Shown here piece after piece: positions 1 to 9,492 of a stretch of 64,000 nt of DNA; positions within the stretch are counted from its first letter, which is position 1; each line of letters opens with the position of its first letter. Position numbers and translations under genes: made by a program. The notes below the pieces were generated by a model, which made no database searches, was not told the origin of the DNA, and saw only the letters and a program-made list of their open reading frames with translations. The stretch is from a phage: the NCBI GenBank assembly GCA_014687725.1, contig GCA_014687725.1_4094.1. One strand, written 5' to 3'.

Positions 1-59
1 TTGACTATGTTATTATGACTCCAATCTTTGACACTGCTTACTATGATTCTTTGAAATAA
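1..59 (+). CDS. 3' end of an upstream ORF (partial, runs off window start)
   Basis: Open frame from window edge to TAA at ~57-59; no start visible. Confidence 0.2.
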   Translation, partial: DYVIMTPIFDTAYYDSLK

Positions 60-70
60 GGATAACTTAT

Positions 71-247
71 ATGAAACTACGTACTCGTAATCGACTGATG
101 GATGCACTGTACCATGAACAGCTTTCACTGAATGAAGTGAAGCGTCAGTTAATGTACACATATCAGTTTCCCGCTCGCATTGCAAAACAACGTGCTAAAG
201 AATTGCTGAAAGAAGCAATCGAGTACTGGGAATCTGATTCGTACTAA
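71..247 (+). CDS. hypothetical small protein (58 aa)
   Basis: ATG with upstream AGGA; below ORF-track size cutoff; compact spacing to next gene. Confidence 0.35.
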   Translation: MKLRTRNRLMDALYHEQLSLNEVKRQLMYTYQFPARIAKQRAKELLKEAIEYWESDSY

Positions 248-251
248 CATT

Positions 252-623
252 ATGAATATAGATTTGAAAGGTGCAACCCGAACTGTTATCCTCATTGGGG
301 AATATGCTATCAAGATTCCAACCTTTAAAAGTTGGAAGCTATTCTTAACAGGGATGATAGCTAACCTCAATGAACGTTCGTGGATGCAGTACTCCAATCG
401 TAGTGATAGTAGTATCTGCCCTACGTTGTGGTCATCATGTACTGGACTAGTAACTGTACAGAAACGTTGTAAGCCAGTACAACATAGGGGTTTATTTTGG
501 GTGGAGTTGTGTGCTTTAGCATTGAATTCAGAGTTAAGTACTGACTTCTTCTATTCAGATGCGAAGCCAGAAAACTTTGGGTATCTGGGTGGTAAGTTAG
601 TTAAACTTGATTATGGAGATTAA
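252..623 (+). CDS. mini protein-kinase-like protein (123 aa)
   Basis: Motifs GEYAIKIP and SDAKPENFGY...LVKLDYGD resemble kinase VAIK, catalytic-loop and DFG elements; same family as 43180-43764. Confidence 0.45.
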   Translation: MNIDLKGATRTVILIGEYAIKIPTFKSWKLFLTGMIANLNERSWMQYSNRSDSSICPTLWSSCTGLVTVQKRCKPVQHRGLFWVELCALALNSELSTDFFYSDAKPENFGYLGGKLVKLDYGD

Positions 624-624
624 T

Positions 625-894
625 ATGTACGCACTGTATAATAAAGAAAAGAAACGATTTGCTAAGGTTGAAATTTCGATTGATACATTTGATATGTTGG
701 AGTACTGTATTGTAACGGACCTATATGCTAACTTGTATTACGTTCTTGATGACGTATCAGTACTGCAACGATTGCTTGAGAATTCCAAAAGTCAATGCCA
801 AGGCATCCATGATGGTTCATCTTATGAAACACCTGAGTGTTCCTACGGCTATCTGGACGGGTATGAGATTGTGAAGTTGGGGATCATTGAATAA
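625..894 (+). CDS. hypothetical protein
   Basis: Track ORF 607-894 begins at TTG; ATG at 625 has GGAG 6 nt upstream. Confidence 0.45.
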   Translation: MYALYNKEKKRFAKVEISIDTFDMLEYCIVTDLYANLYYVLDDVSVLQRLLENSKSQCQGIHDGSSYETPECSYGYLDGYEIVKLGIIE

Positions 895-900
895 AGAAAA

Positions 901-933
901 GGGTTGACTTCGGTCAGCCCTTTTTGCTATAAT
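901..933 (+). promoter_or_regulatory. bifunctional intrinsic terminator / sigma70-like promoter element
   Basis: GGGTTGAC-TTCG-GTCAGCCC hairpin (UUCG loop) + TTTTT; embedded -35 TTGACT, 18-nt spacer, -10 TATAAT; repeated at 2183, 3904, ~36811, ~40502, ~43778, ~46036. Confidence 0.6.
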
Positions 934-961
934 TATTTCATCAAGACGAGAGGATGAATAC

Positions 962-1477
962 ATGACACGCATTAACTTAGTACACGTTAAAGAACTTGCT
1001 GACCAACATCTGATGGCTGAATATCGTGAACTCCCACGTGTATTTGGTGCTGTACAAAAACACGTTCAAGCACGTAAGCGTGTACGTGATTTCAAAATTA
1101 ACAGTACTTATCTGTTAGGTTCAGGTCATGTGACATTCTTTTACGACAAGTTGCTGTACTTACAGAAGCGTCATATCGATATTGTTAACGAATGTTTGCG
1201 TCGTGGTATGAAGATTCAAAACACTGAAGTAAACGACATTAGCGGCTTCCCTGCTGAGTTTTGTAATGACTACGTACCAACGGAGTCAGAGATTAAAATG
1301 TCTCGTGATCGTTTGATTGAGAAGCTCCAGATGAAGCCTACGTGGTATAAGTTTACTGATGTTGAATGTCCACAGTACGTTAAAGATATGCAGAACGTAA
1401 GTAGTAAGAACGAATCTAGTACTGATATGTTCGACGAAATTGAAGAACAAATCAAAGATGAAATGAATAATTATTAA
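962..1477 (+). CDS. denV: pyrimidine-dimer DNA glycosylase / endonuclease V
   Basis: N-terminus [45 protein letters not shown] matches T4 endonuclease V from memory; extra acidic C-terminal tail. Confidence 0.88.
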   Translation: MTRINLVHVKELADQHLMAEYRELPRVFGAVQKHVQARKRVRDFKINSTYLLGSGHVTFFYDKLLYLQKRHIDIVNECLRRGMKIQNTEVNDISGFPAEFCNDYVPTESEIKMSRDRLIEKLQMKPTWYKFTDVECPQYVKDMQNVSSKNESSTDMFDEIEEQIKDEMNNY

Positions 1478-1515
1478 AGGAAAGGGTTGACTTCGGTTAC
1501 ACAAAGGAACATAAC

Positions 1516-1710
1516 ATGTTATTAGTATATTCAAAGCGTTTCTGGATTTCTTTTATTGTACTATCGCTAATCGGCTTCGGTTTGAGTATACTCTTTTCGT
1601 GGGATGAATTGGGTACATGGTATTATGAAGTCCCGTGGTACATGAAGATAGCTCCTTGTTATGCGGCATTGTTCGTGTCATTCCTTATTGTTGTCTTCAG
1701 CGAGGATTAG
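1516..1710 (+). CDS. small membrane protein (64 aa)
   Basis: Two hydrophobic segments; ATG start. Confidence 0.45.
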   Translation: MLLVYSKRFWISFIVLSLIGFGLSILFSWDELGTWYYEVPWYMKIAPCYAALFVSFLIVVFSED

Positions 1711-1761
1711 TTGATGTAGTATGTGCTACACCAAAGTATTTGGATATTTTAGATATAAACA

Positions 1762-1790
1762 TTGACACCTGTTCTATCTTTCTGTATTAT
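1762..1790 (+). promoter_or_regulatory. sigma70-like promoter
   Basis: TTGACA, 17-nt spacer, TATTAT about 30 nt upstream of 1817 gene. Confidence 0.45.
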
Positions 1791-1816
1791 GTACATCACC
1801 AAATGAGGAATACAAC

Positions 1817-2176
1817 ATGGCATCTTTAAGTGAAATCGCAGAATACAACCCACTAACAATCTCAACAATTCAACGTACAAAAACTTTTTATTTCCGTCCT
1901 GCTGATGGATGGAAACGTGGAATGAATGGTGACTATCGAGTACTGGAAGATTCACTAATCGAGCGTATCAACTCTGAACTACAGAAGTATGAAGGTGTTA
2001 AAGTTGTGCGTTCAACTTCTCGTTATTTTGAGTACTACATTGAGTCTTCAACTGTAAATGAAAACTCATCATTCTCGGTGGACAACACTGATATTCTTCG
2101 TAATGCTGTTGGTCTTTTATGCAGGATTGCAGAAGAAATTGGATTAACTATCACCACAATGAGTGAGTTAGAATAA
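1817..2176 (+). CDS. hypothetical protein
   Basis: ATG with GAGGA upstream; followed by terminator/promoter element. Confidence 0.55.
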   Translation: MASLSEIAEYNPLTISTIQRTKTFYFRPADGWKRGMNGDYRVLEDSLIERINSELQKYEGVKVVRSTSRYFEYYIESSTVNENSSFSVDNTDILRNAVGLLCRIAEEIGLTITTMSELE

Positions 2177-2182
2177 CATAAA

Positions 2183-2215
2183 GGGTTGACTTCGGTCAGC
2201 CCTTTTTGCTATAAT
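2183..2215 (+). promoter_or_regulatory. terminator/promoter element (copy 2)
   Basis: Same hairpin + T-run + TATAAT as 901-933. Confidence 0.6.
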
Positions 2216-2241
2216 TATTTTATCGAAACGAGAGGTAATAC

Positions 2242-2475
2242 ATGAAACTATCTTTTATACGTTTAGCAGAATTCTTCGGTACTGATATTATTACTTTACA
2301 ACAAATTGCAGACAATACTTCATTAAGTACACAAGAAGTACTTGACTTGGATGTAATTAAGTGCGATAATACTTCCATCGATTACAAAGAAGGTCTTGTC
2401 GAAAAAGATAAGATTCAGGCTAAGATTAATGGTGCTGGACGGGTTCAGTACTGGAAAGGAGTTTTAAGTAAATGA
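2242..2475 (+). CDS. hypothetical protein
   Basis: ATG after GAGAGG; ATGA overlap with next gene. Confidence 0.5.
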   Translation: MKLSFIRLAEFFGTDIITLQQIADNTSLSTQEVLDLDVIKCDNTSIDYKEGLVEKDKIQAKINGAGRVQYWKGVLSK

Positions 2476-3896
2476 AAATTTATATTGATAAATTTGGAAC
2501 GACTTATGAATATTATGATTATACACATTATAATTCATATATACAAAAAAATCATAACCAAATGTCACCTTATTTGCATTATGAAGATTTAATGGAACTA
2601 TTCTCTAAAAATTTAAATTCTATTAAATTTATTGGTTTTAAAGATCCAACATGGAAAAGTTCACATACGCATGTGTATTTTGAATATGATAATATGGTAT
2701 ATGAACATTCAATATCAAATATCAAAACAAAATTCGCTGATCATAGATATAAACCAGGTAGAATATGTAGAACCTTGGAACAAATTATAAATGAGTCCAT
2801 TTATATATTTAAAAAATATGATAAATTTAATTTTCATAGCATTGCATCATTTAATGGAGCACGAACTATAATCAATTATACAATTGAAGGACGTGAAAGA
2901 ATATTTTCTATATCATTCAATTCATTAATAAAAGATTTTAAAGGGGGAAGCCCATGTTATTCATATGAAGAAGTAGAAAATATATCTATAAAAAAATTAA
3001 ATGAACATAATTTGAGATTTATCTCAATTAGTAAATTTAATGGTGTGTTTAGTTGTATTGAATATGAACAACCAACTCAGAAAGGAAAAAAATATGTTGA
3101 TTTTAATATATTAATCTATAATGAATGGAAAGGTAATCTACCGAATATAACTAATGAAGAGGTGAATAATCGAATTTCAGAAAAAATGAAAAAACTAAAT
3201 ATCAATGAATATGAAATTGTAGAATATAACAGTACTAGGAGCATGGTTGAATATACAGTTGATGATATTTCATATACAACTAGTTACGATAAGATTATGC
3301 ATCCAACTTGGAAAGGTAATCCAAGATATACAAAAGAAAGAATAATAAAATTGTCGAAAAAATATTGCAAGGGTAAAAAATTTCAATTTAATAAAATAAT
3401 TGGTAATGTTAAAGGAATTAATACTATCATTGAATTAGAACTTGAAAATGGTATGTTTATATATCCAAAATTTATACAATTAAAAGGAGGTTCTGACTTT
3501 AATACATCCACTGATGGTAAGATTTTAACAGAAATAATTTATCCTTTGTTCGACAATTATATCACACAAAAACGTTTTGAAAATTGTAGAAATCCTGAAA
3601 CTGGATACTTGTTGCCATATGATTTGTATGTTCCAGAATTTAATTTATTATTAGAAAAAGATGGAGTGCAACATTACAATCCAACAGCATATTTTAATAA
3701 AACATATGAATCATATTTGAAATTGAGAGAGAGAGATGAATTTAAAAACAAATATGCCATATCAAATGGTTATAATTTCATGCGAATAGCAGATTATGAA
3801 GATCATGAAAAAATATTGAAATCTTTCCTTAAACTCATTGAAGAGAATCCAGGAAAGCAAATTGTGCAGATCTATGGTGAAGTACAAATTATCTAA
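2472..3896 (+). CDS. AT-rich protein with C-terminal Vsr/DUF559-like (PD-(D/E)xK) nuclease motif
   Basis: C-terminus YDLYVPEFNLLLEKDGVQHY ... NGYNFMRIADYE resembles the DUF559/Vsr endonuclease pattern; markedly lower GC than neighbours. Confidence 0.55.
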   Translation: MKIYIDKFGTTYEYYDYTHYNSYIQKNHNQMSPYLHYEDLMELFSKNLNSIKFIGFKDPTWKSSHTHVYFEYDNMVYEHSISNIKTKFADHRYKPGRICRTLEQIINESIYIFKKYDKFNFHSIASFNGARTIINYTIEGRERIFSISFNSLIKDFKGGSPCYSYEEVENISIKKLNEHNLRFISISKFNGVFSCIEYEQPTQKGKKYVDFNILIYNEWKGNLPNITNEEVNNRISEKMKKLNINEYEIVEYNSTRSMVEYTVDDISYTTSYDKIMHPTWKGNPRYTKERIIKLSKKYCKGKKFQFNKIIGNVKGINTIIELELENGMFIYPKFIQLKGGSDFNTSTDGKILTEIIYPLFDNYITQKRFENCRNPETGYLLPYDLYVPEFNLLLEKDGVQHYNPTAYFNKTYESYLKLRERDEFKNKYAISNGYNFMRIADYEDHEKILKSFLKLIEENPGKQIVQIYGEVQII

Positions 3897-3903
3897 AACA
3901 AAA

Positions 3904-3936
3904 GGGTTGACTTCGGTCGGCCCTTTTTGCTATAAT
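3904..3936 (+). promoter_or_regulatory. terminator/promoter element (copy 3)
   Basis: GGGTTGACTTCGGTCGGCCC + TTTTT + TATAAT. Confidence 0.6.
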
Positions 3937-3964
3937 TATTTCATCAACTGATGAGGATAACGAA

Positions 3965-4735
3965 ATGACCAGAGAAGCACGTAGCATTCAAATCCAGAAA
4001 AACTTCAACTCCATGATGGTTGCTCTTGAGTGTTTGCTCGACGATAGCAGTACTGTAAAAAGTATGGTTGTCAGCGGTGCACCTGGTGTTGGTAAGACTT
4101 ACACCCTGTCACAACGCCTCCAGAAAGCTCATGACGCAGCAGAATGGAACGTAGCCACTATCAGTGGTAAGATGACTACTCTTGCTCTGTATGAAGTTCT
4201 GTACAAGAATCGTCACAGCACTAATGTATTAGTACTTGATGATATGGATAGCATCTTTGAATCAGAAGATGGTATGAACCTACTTAAAGCTGTTTTGGAT
4301 AGTGGTAAGCGTACTGTATCTTATATGACTAGCTCTAAGTACTTGAGCACTAACGGCATTCCTAATAGCTTTGATTTTAATGGTCGCATCGTATTCATTA
4401 CTAACAAAGATTTAGCGTTAGATGCTAAAGCTAAAACTAAAATGTCTGCTCATTATGCTGCTCTTATGTCTCGTTCTGTGTACGTGGATTTACAGATTCA
4501 GACTAAAAGTGATATCATGATTCATATTGAAAATGTAATGACTAAGACTAATATTCTTGCATCTAAAGGTGTTAACAGTAACGGCAGTAAAGCAATTCTG
4601 AACTGGATGTTAAAACATGAAGATAATCTTCGTGCACCATCCCTGCGTATGCCTTTGTTGATTTCAGCAGTATATAACAACAATCCGTATGATTGGGAAG
4701 AACAATGTGAAAACTTGTTCCTTGAGAAAATCTAA
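3965..4735 (+). CDS. P-loop NTPase (AAA-like ATPase)
   Basis: Walker A GAPGVGKT and Walker B VLVLDD. Confidence 0.7.
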   Translation: MTREARSIQIQKNFNSMMVALECLLDDSSTVKSMVVSGAPGVGKTYTLSQRLQKAHDAAEWNVATISGKMTTLALYEVLYKNRHSTNVLVLDDMDSIFESEDGMNLLKAVLDSGKRTVSYMTSSKYLSTNGIPNSFDFNGRIVFITNKDLALDAKAKTKMSAHYAALMSRSVYVDLQIQTKSDIMIHIENVMTKTNILASKGVNSNGSKAILNWMLKHEDNLRAPSLRMPLLISAVYNNNPYDWEEQCENLFLEKI

Positions 4736-4802
4736 TTACATATGTTGACAGTACTACCATCGTGTAGTACTATAACTTAATATTCACCACCGGAGATACG
4801 AT

Positions 4803-5144
4803 ATGCTTGAGTTTTTTAATTCAGATACAATGCTTGGTATCACGCTAATTTACATGTTTGTATTTTTGTGTTATCATTCAATTGTAATTAGTCTGTGGTA
4901 TTTTAAAAGGAAAATTGTTTTTAAATTGTATTCGGATGATAATGTAGTCTTAGTTTTATATAGTATTATCCAAGGTGGGTTTATTTTATTTGGTGTGATG
5001 ACATATGCGATTTACATGTTACAAATTGATAATACACCACACATTACACAATATCTTGTGTTTTCAGGTCTAATCGTGTGGTTGTTGGTGTGTAGCATGT
5101 ACTTTATTATTAAAGCTCGTGATAGAATTAAAGGGGATTTCTAA
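4803..5144 (+). CDS. small multipass membrane protein, tandem family M (1/8)
   Basis: 3-4 hydrophobic helices; WYFKRK motif; close paralog of next gene. Confidence 0.6.
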   Translation: MLEFFNSDTMLGITLIYMFVFLCYHSIVISLWYFKRKIVFKLYSDDNVVLVLYSIIQGGFILFGVMTYAIYMLQIDNTPHITQYLVFSGLIVWLLVCSMYFIIKARDRIKGDF

Positions 5145-5482
5145 TGTTAACATTCTTTAAGTCAGATACAATGCTTAGTATTACTTTGATTTATCTGTTT
5201 GGTTTTTTCTTTTATCATGCACTAGTTGTAGTACTATGGTATTTTAAAAAGAAAATTGTTTTTAAACTGTATCCAGTGAGGAATTCATCACTAGTTCTTT
5301 ACACACTTGTTCAAGGTTTGTTTGCAATTGTTGGTCTTATGGCACACTTAATTTATTGTGCTAATCCTCACTTGAACTCAATCTCACAATATATTGTATT
5401 CTTTGGGTTGTTCATTTGGTTAGTTGTATACTTAATCCATCTCATTATTCATGGTAGAGATAAAATTCGCGGAGACTTCTAA
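5144..5482 (+). CDS. small multipass membrane protein, family M (2/8)
   Basis: Near-identical N-terminus to 4803 gene; TAATG coupling. Confidence 0.6.
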   Translation: MLTFFKSDTMLSITLIYLFGFFFYHALVVVLWYFKKKIVFKLYPVRNSSLVLYTLVQGLFAIVGLMAHLIYCANPHLNSISQYIVFFGLFIWLVVYLIHLIIHGRDKIRGDF

Positions 5483-5829
5483 TGTTTGAAGCTTATCTTG
5501 AGTTTTTAAGGAGTAGTCCAGTTGCACATTCAATTGCAGGGATTATTCTAACAGGTTATGTAACATTTTGGGTAGTTATGTTTCTAGGATGGTATTTTAA
5601 ACGACAATTCTATAAGCGTAATGGTGAAGATTTTATGAATTCTTTCATTAATCAATCGTTGTTTGCATCAACATTGATTGCATGTATTGTGGCTGTTCTA
5701 GCCGGAAAAGCACTACCTGCTTTTTCAGTCGTTTATGGAACAATTGGTATGATATGTGTAGTTTTTCACTTGATCATTAAACTTTGTTGTGTTATGATTG
5801 ACCTTCGAAACAAGATACCGGAGGAATGA
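5482..5829 (+). CDS. small multipass membrane protein, family M (3/8)
   Basis: Hydrophobic, WYFKRQ motif; TAATG overlap. Confidence 0.55.
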   Translation: MFEAYLEFLRSSPVAHSIAGIILTGYVTFWVVMFLGWYFKRQFYKRNGEDFMNSFINQSLFASTLIACIVAVLAGKALPAFSVVYGTIGMICVVFHLIIKLCCVMIDLRNKIPEE

Positions 5830-6164
5830 TGGAATATTTTTTACACTTACTGCCGTGGTATATGAAAGTTAGTACCATGTACTATATTATTAGTGCTGGA
5901 TTCTACTTTCTGATGTGGTTCTTTAAACGACCAATTTCAGTATTCATCGCTGATAACATGCTGCAATTAAAATTACACGCATGGTTTGGTCTGGCGATGA
6001 TTATGCCTATTATTCACTACTCAATGATTAGTAGAGGTTTCCGTTCTAATGGTGAACCAATTGTATTAGTATTCTATTGGGGTTCAACTATTGCATATGT
6101 AAGTTTGTTGTTGTTCCCAGTCGTTCATAAGTTACGTGCTAAAGTTCCTGATGCGAGGTACTAA
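5826..6164 (+). CDS. small multipass membrane protein, family M (4/8)
   Basis: Hydrophobic, WFFKR motif; ATGA overlap. Confidence 0.55.
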   Translation: MMEYFLHLLPWYMKVSTMYYIISAGFYFLMWFFKRPISVFIADNMLQLKLHAWFGLAMIMPIIHYSMISRGFRSNGEPIVLVFYWGSTIAYVSLLLFPVVHKLRAKVPDARY

Positions 6165-6478
6165 TGGATATAGTAACATTGATTTACACGTTGTATTCAT
6201 TCTATTTCATTATGTGTTGGGTTGGATTTTTATTTGTACTCAAGATGTTTGATTATGTTGAAAAACAGATAAAAGAATTTTGTATTCCTTTTATCGGTTC
6301 AACCATTATTAGTGTTTCTTGTGTGTATTTTTTGGTTTTTGATCCACCAGATAACACTGCAATGATTGACTTGATGTTACTACCAACAACTGTTACTTTT
6401 TTATGTAGTCTGATGCCGCCGATTAGCCGTGGACTAACAGAATTTAGACGCAATCAAAAGCGTAAACGAGGGATGTAA
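6164..6478 (+). CDS. small multipass membrane protein, family M (5/8)
   Basis: Hydrophobic; C-terminal basic tail QKRKRG. Confidence 0.5.
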   Translation: MDIVTLIYTLYSFYFIMCWVGFLFVLKMFDYVEKQIKEFCIPFIGSTIISVSCVYFLVFDPPDNTAMIDLMLLPTTVTFLCSLMPPISRGLTEFRRNQKRKRGM

Positions 6479-6846
6479 TGGAAATTGCTCTTATTATCTT
6501 AACTGCTATGTTGTTTATTAGTACTGTGGTTATAATTGGTAAATTCTTTTGTGTATCATTTTTAGAAACGGTATACGATGAAATTGCTGATGATTATGAA
6601 CTACAAGCCGGATTTTTCATTACGTATTGGCTTAGTTTATTTTGTCTAGTCATTGCTTGGATTTTACATATCTTTAAATGGGGTATGGTAGACGGTGATC
6701 CTATTATGGCAATTATTGTTCTAGTGTTTGGTATCCTTGGTGGTGCAGTGCATAATCTAATGGTTATCTGGCAAACTGTTCAATATGTTTTGGTTCCCTA
6801 TTTCGAAAAGATGCACAGTACAATTAAAAAACGTAAACGAGGTTAG
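6478..6846 (+). CDS. small multipass membrane protein, family M (6/8)
   Basis: Hydrophobic; C-terminal KKRKRG like previous. Confidence 0.5.
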   Translation: MEIALIILTAMLFISTVVIIGKFFCVSFLETVYDEIADDYELQAGFFITYWLSLFCLVIAWILHIFKWGMVDGDPIMAIIVLVFGILGGAVHNLMVIWQTVQYVLVPYFEKMHSTIKKRKRG

Positions 6847-6847
6847 T

Positions 6848-7210
6848 ATGAACGGGATAGAATTATCTTTCGTTGGTCAATTACTAGTAATGGCGTATAC
6901 ATTTATCTTCTCACTGAATGCATTCGTGTGCATTGGGAAGTACTTCCATAAGCGACCATTATCAAATATATATGATGTAATCCAAAAGAGATATAGTCCA
7001 GCATATACTGTGTTGGGTACAGTATTCAATTTTGGTTTTATTGTATTAATAATTGGACTGTTCACATCCTCTTTGAATACAATAACCTTCGGTCTTATGA
7101 TATGTTCATTGGTATTAGCCGTAATTATATGTTGTTTAGTACTGCACCTTGTGGTACTATTGTATATAAAGATCTCTGAAATCCACCAACGTTTGGGTAT
7201 GAGGAAATAA
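6848..7210 (+). CDS. small multipass membrane protein, family M (7/8)
   Basis: Start moved from track 6785 to in-frame ATG 6848 right after previous stop. Confidence 0.5.
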   Translation: MNGIELSFVGQLLVMAYTFIFSLNAFVCIGKYFHKRPLSNIYDVIQKRYSPAYTVLGTVFNFGFIVLIIGLFTSSLNTITFGLMICSLVLAVIICCLVLHLVVLLYIKISEIHQRLGMRK

Positions 7211-7211
7211 T

Positions 7212-7583
7212 ATGAGTTACCGTGAGATATTTTCCATTATTTCAATTATTATGTTCAGTACTGGAACACTGGTATGGTTATTATACTTCTTCTGTATTAA
7301 TCCAGTGTATAATATGTTATGTAATATTAAATCAAGTGCCGGATATATCACTTTTATGGTCTTTATGGGATATTATTGTCTAAGCATTTTAGGTGTTGTT
7401 TTGGTTGTTATATTTGATGTGGGACCAAATAGTGATGGTATGGAAATACATGAATTAATAACCATGTTTGGATGTATGATACCAACAGCACTACTGTTTG
7501 TAGCTACTGGTAGTGGATTGATAAAATTATATAATTATTTAAAATCCATTCATAATTCCATTCATAATAAGCGTATGTCATAA
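7212..7583 (+). CDS. small multipass membrane protein, family M (8/8)
   Basis: Hydrophobic; GAGGAAATAATATG start context. Confidence 0.5.
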   Translation: MSYREIFSIISIIMFSTGTLVWLLYFFCINPVYNMLCNIKSSAGYITFMVFMGYYCLSILGVVLVVIFDVGPNSDGMEIHELITMFGCMIPTALLFVATGSGLIKLYNYLKSIHNSIHNKRMS

Positions 7584-7587
7584 TAAA

Positions 7588-7613
7588 AATCCAGTACTAT
7601 TAAGTACTGGATT
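7588..7613. terminator. perfect 11-bp inverted repeat hairpin AATCCAGTACT-atta-AGTACTGGATT
   Basis: Perfect palindrome between membrane array and next gene; no T-run, so terminator assignment tentative. Confidence 0.35.
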
Positions 7614-7624
7614 AATAAGGAGTT

Positions 7625-8287
7625 ATGATGAAAACAAAATTAGGTTTGTTTTATAAAAATTATTTCGTTAAACAGCGTAAATTTATAAAAAAATATTTCT
7701 CTGGTGAGAAGTCTAGTCCTATAATTTTTAAAAGACCAAGTTATAATACTTACTTAGCTGGTGCTAAACAGTCTAAGAAATTTATTACTCTTTTAAATAA
7801 AAACAAAATTAAAGCTTCTTATGTTGAAACGAGAAGAAACTCATCAATAACTCCTGGTGATTTTATTGAGTACGGATGTTTCAATATTAAGTACAATGAT
7901 AATACATACTTTATGGATATTGATTGTAATACATCCAATCTTTTTAACATTGTAGTAAATCCATTAAAACAATATAATGTTTATGGTGATTCTATTATCA
8001 AATTAATCAAAAACAAAGATAGCTTTGATTTTGAAATAAATGTTTTAGATGATAATTTTGACGAAGTACCAGTAAACCCTGAAATCTGTGATATTTTAAA
8101 CAGTTTAAAAGGTAGTACCTACAATATATCATCTGATTTAATGTTTCAGTACTCATTAATCCATAAAGATATTGAAAAGTATATTGAATGCTCCAAAATT
8201 TTGAATTATCTTTACGATGAATTTAAAAAGAGTTCTAAAATAACTGCATACACTTTGTACAATATTCCTAAAATGGTGAATCTTTGA
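7625..8287 (+). CDS. hypothetical AT-rich protein carrying family-C signature (LMFQYSLIHKD)
   Basis: ATG after AGGAG; motif matches EEYFQxSLVxD family in 54-64 kb. Confidence 0.5.
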   Translation: MMKTKLGLFYKNYFVKQRKFIKKYFSGEKSSPIIFKRPSYNTYLAGAKQSKKFITLLNKNKIKASYVETRRNSSITPGDFIEYGCFNIKYNDNTYFMDIDCNTSNLFNIVVNPLKQYNVYGDSIIKLIKNKDSFDFEINVLDDNFDEVPVNPEICDILNSLKGSTYNISSDLMFQYSLIHKDIEKYIECSKILNYLYDEFKKSSKITAYTLYNIPKMVNL

Positions 8288-9420
8288 CAAATACAGTACT
8301 GGCAACTCCACCGTCTGTAATATATTGTCCAGTACTGTAAATTTGTATACCATCGGTTAAGTAAGTTCTGTATAAAGTTGCTGTAACATATACGTTATTC
8401 ATATTCATCTCTATTGGTAGTACACATTTGGTATAGGCCGACACATCTGTTTGTGTACCTATACCCAATTGACCTGCGTTATCGCCTGTGTTATAACCAG
8501 TTGCGTAAACACCTAATGAAGTTATAATATGATTAGAAAAATATGAATAACCCACACTGCTTCTTATTATATCACCTGGTGCTTGTGTTGTTTGTCTTAA
8601 CGAAATATATGTTTGTGATGTAGAACCATTTGCTAACTGACCAAAGTACTGTCCACCACCATGATATGCAAATAATTTATTAGTACTATTATTACTTGCT
8701 ATAGCAAAAGCGAAGTAACTTGAGTTTGTTGTATAATCTTTCACCGTATAGGTATTAGTTATTTGAGAACATAACGTGTACTTTGAATATAACGTCATGT
8801 CGGTTGTACCTACGCCTGATATTGCACCAGTATAATACAATCTCCCATCGGTTCCAATAAATCCTTGCATAAGAAAATTTGCCAGTATTTTGGATGGTGT
8901 TACTCCAGTAGGTACTGTTCCTTGTACAAATGATGAAAGTGAATCGGTACTTCTACCATTTCCCAGTTGTCCATAACTACCATAACCAGTATTCCATATC
9001 GTGTTGTCTGTACATAATACGCTTAATGCACCTGCACTAACTGCAATTTGTTTTATTGTTTTTCCTAGGGCTGTTATTCTATCAAACACTATCTTTGCAG
9101 AAGCCCACGTAGTAGACTTATCAGTTGATAAACCCAATGATGCACCATTCCCAGCGTACCACATCGTATTATCTTTCTTTTTTATTAAAGTTGACTCATA
9201 CCCGCACCCATATATCTTCTACGTTTGTATTGCATAAAACCCATTGGGTCTGTGTTATAATATTACCTATACCCATTTGCCCAAACTCTTGAGAGCCTCT
9301 ACTGTATAGTGTCCCGTCTGACATAAGGGCAAAAACTGTCGTATCAGATGAAGATATTTTGGTAACAGTAGGGGGTAGGTTCTTTTTTGATGATGTGATA
9401 ATTCTTCCAAAGGGTAGCAT
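8268..9420 (-). pseudogene. frameshifted MLPFGR-family RCC1-like propeller paralog (1/13)
   Basis: N-terminal ORF 9196-9432 (MLPFGRI...DIWVRV*) and C-terminal ORF 8268-9164 join by a 1-nt shift in a GGG run near ~9204-9210 to give DIW-CGYESTLIKKKDNTMWYAG, matching gene 2. Confidence 0.5.
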
Positions 9421-9492
9421 TGTATCCTCCAAATGTAAATCGTTATTATATTTAGGACAAAAAAATGCCAGTACAAGGCACTGGCATAAAAT
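9421..9492 (-). promoter_or_regulatory. intergenic terminator hairpin + TATAAT + GGAGGA SD unit
   Basis: Minus strand: TGCCAGT..ACTGGCA hairpin + T7 run, then TATAAT and GGAGGA. Confidence 0.45.
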
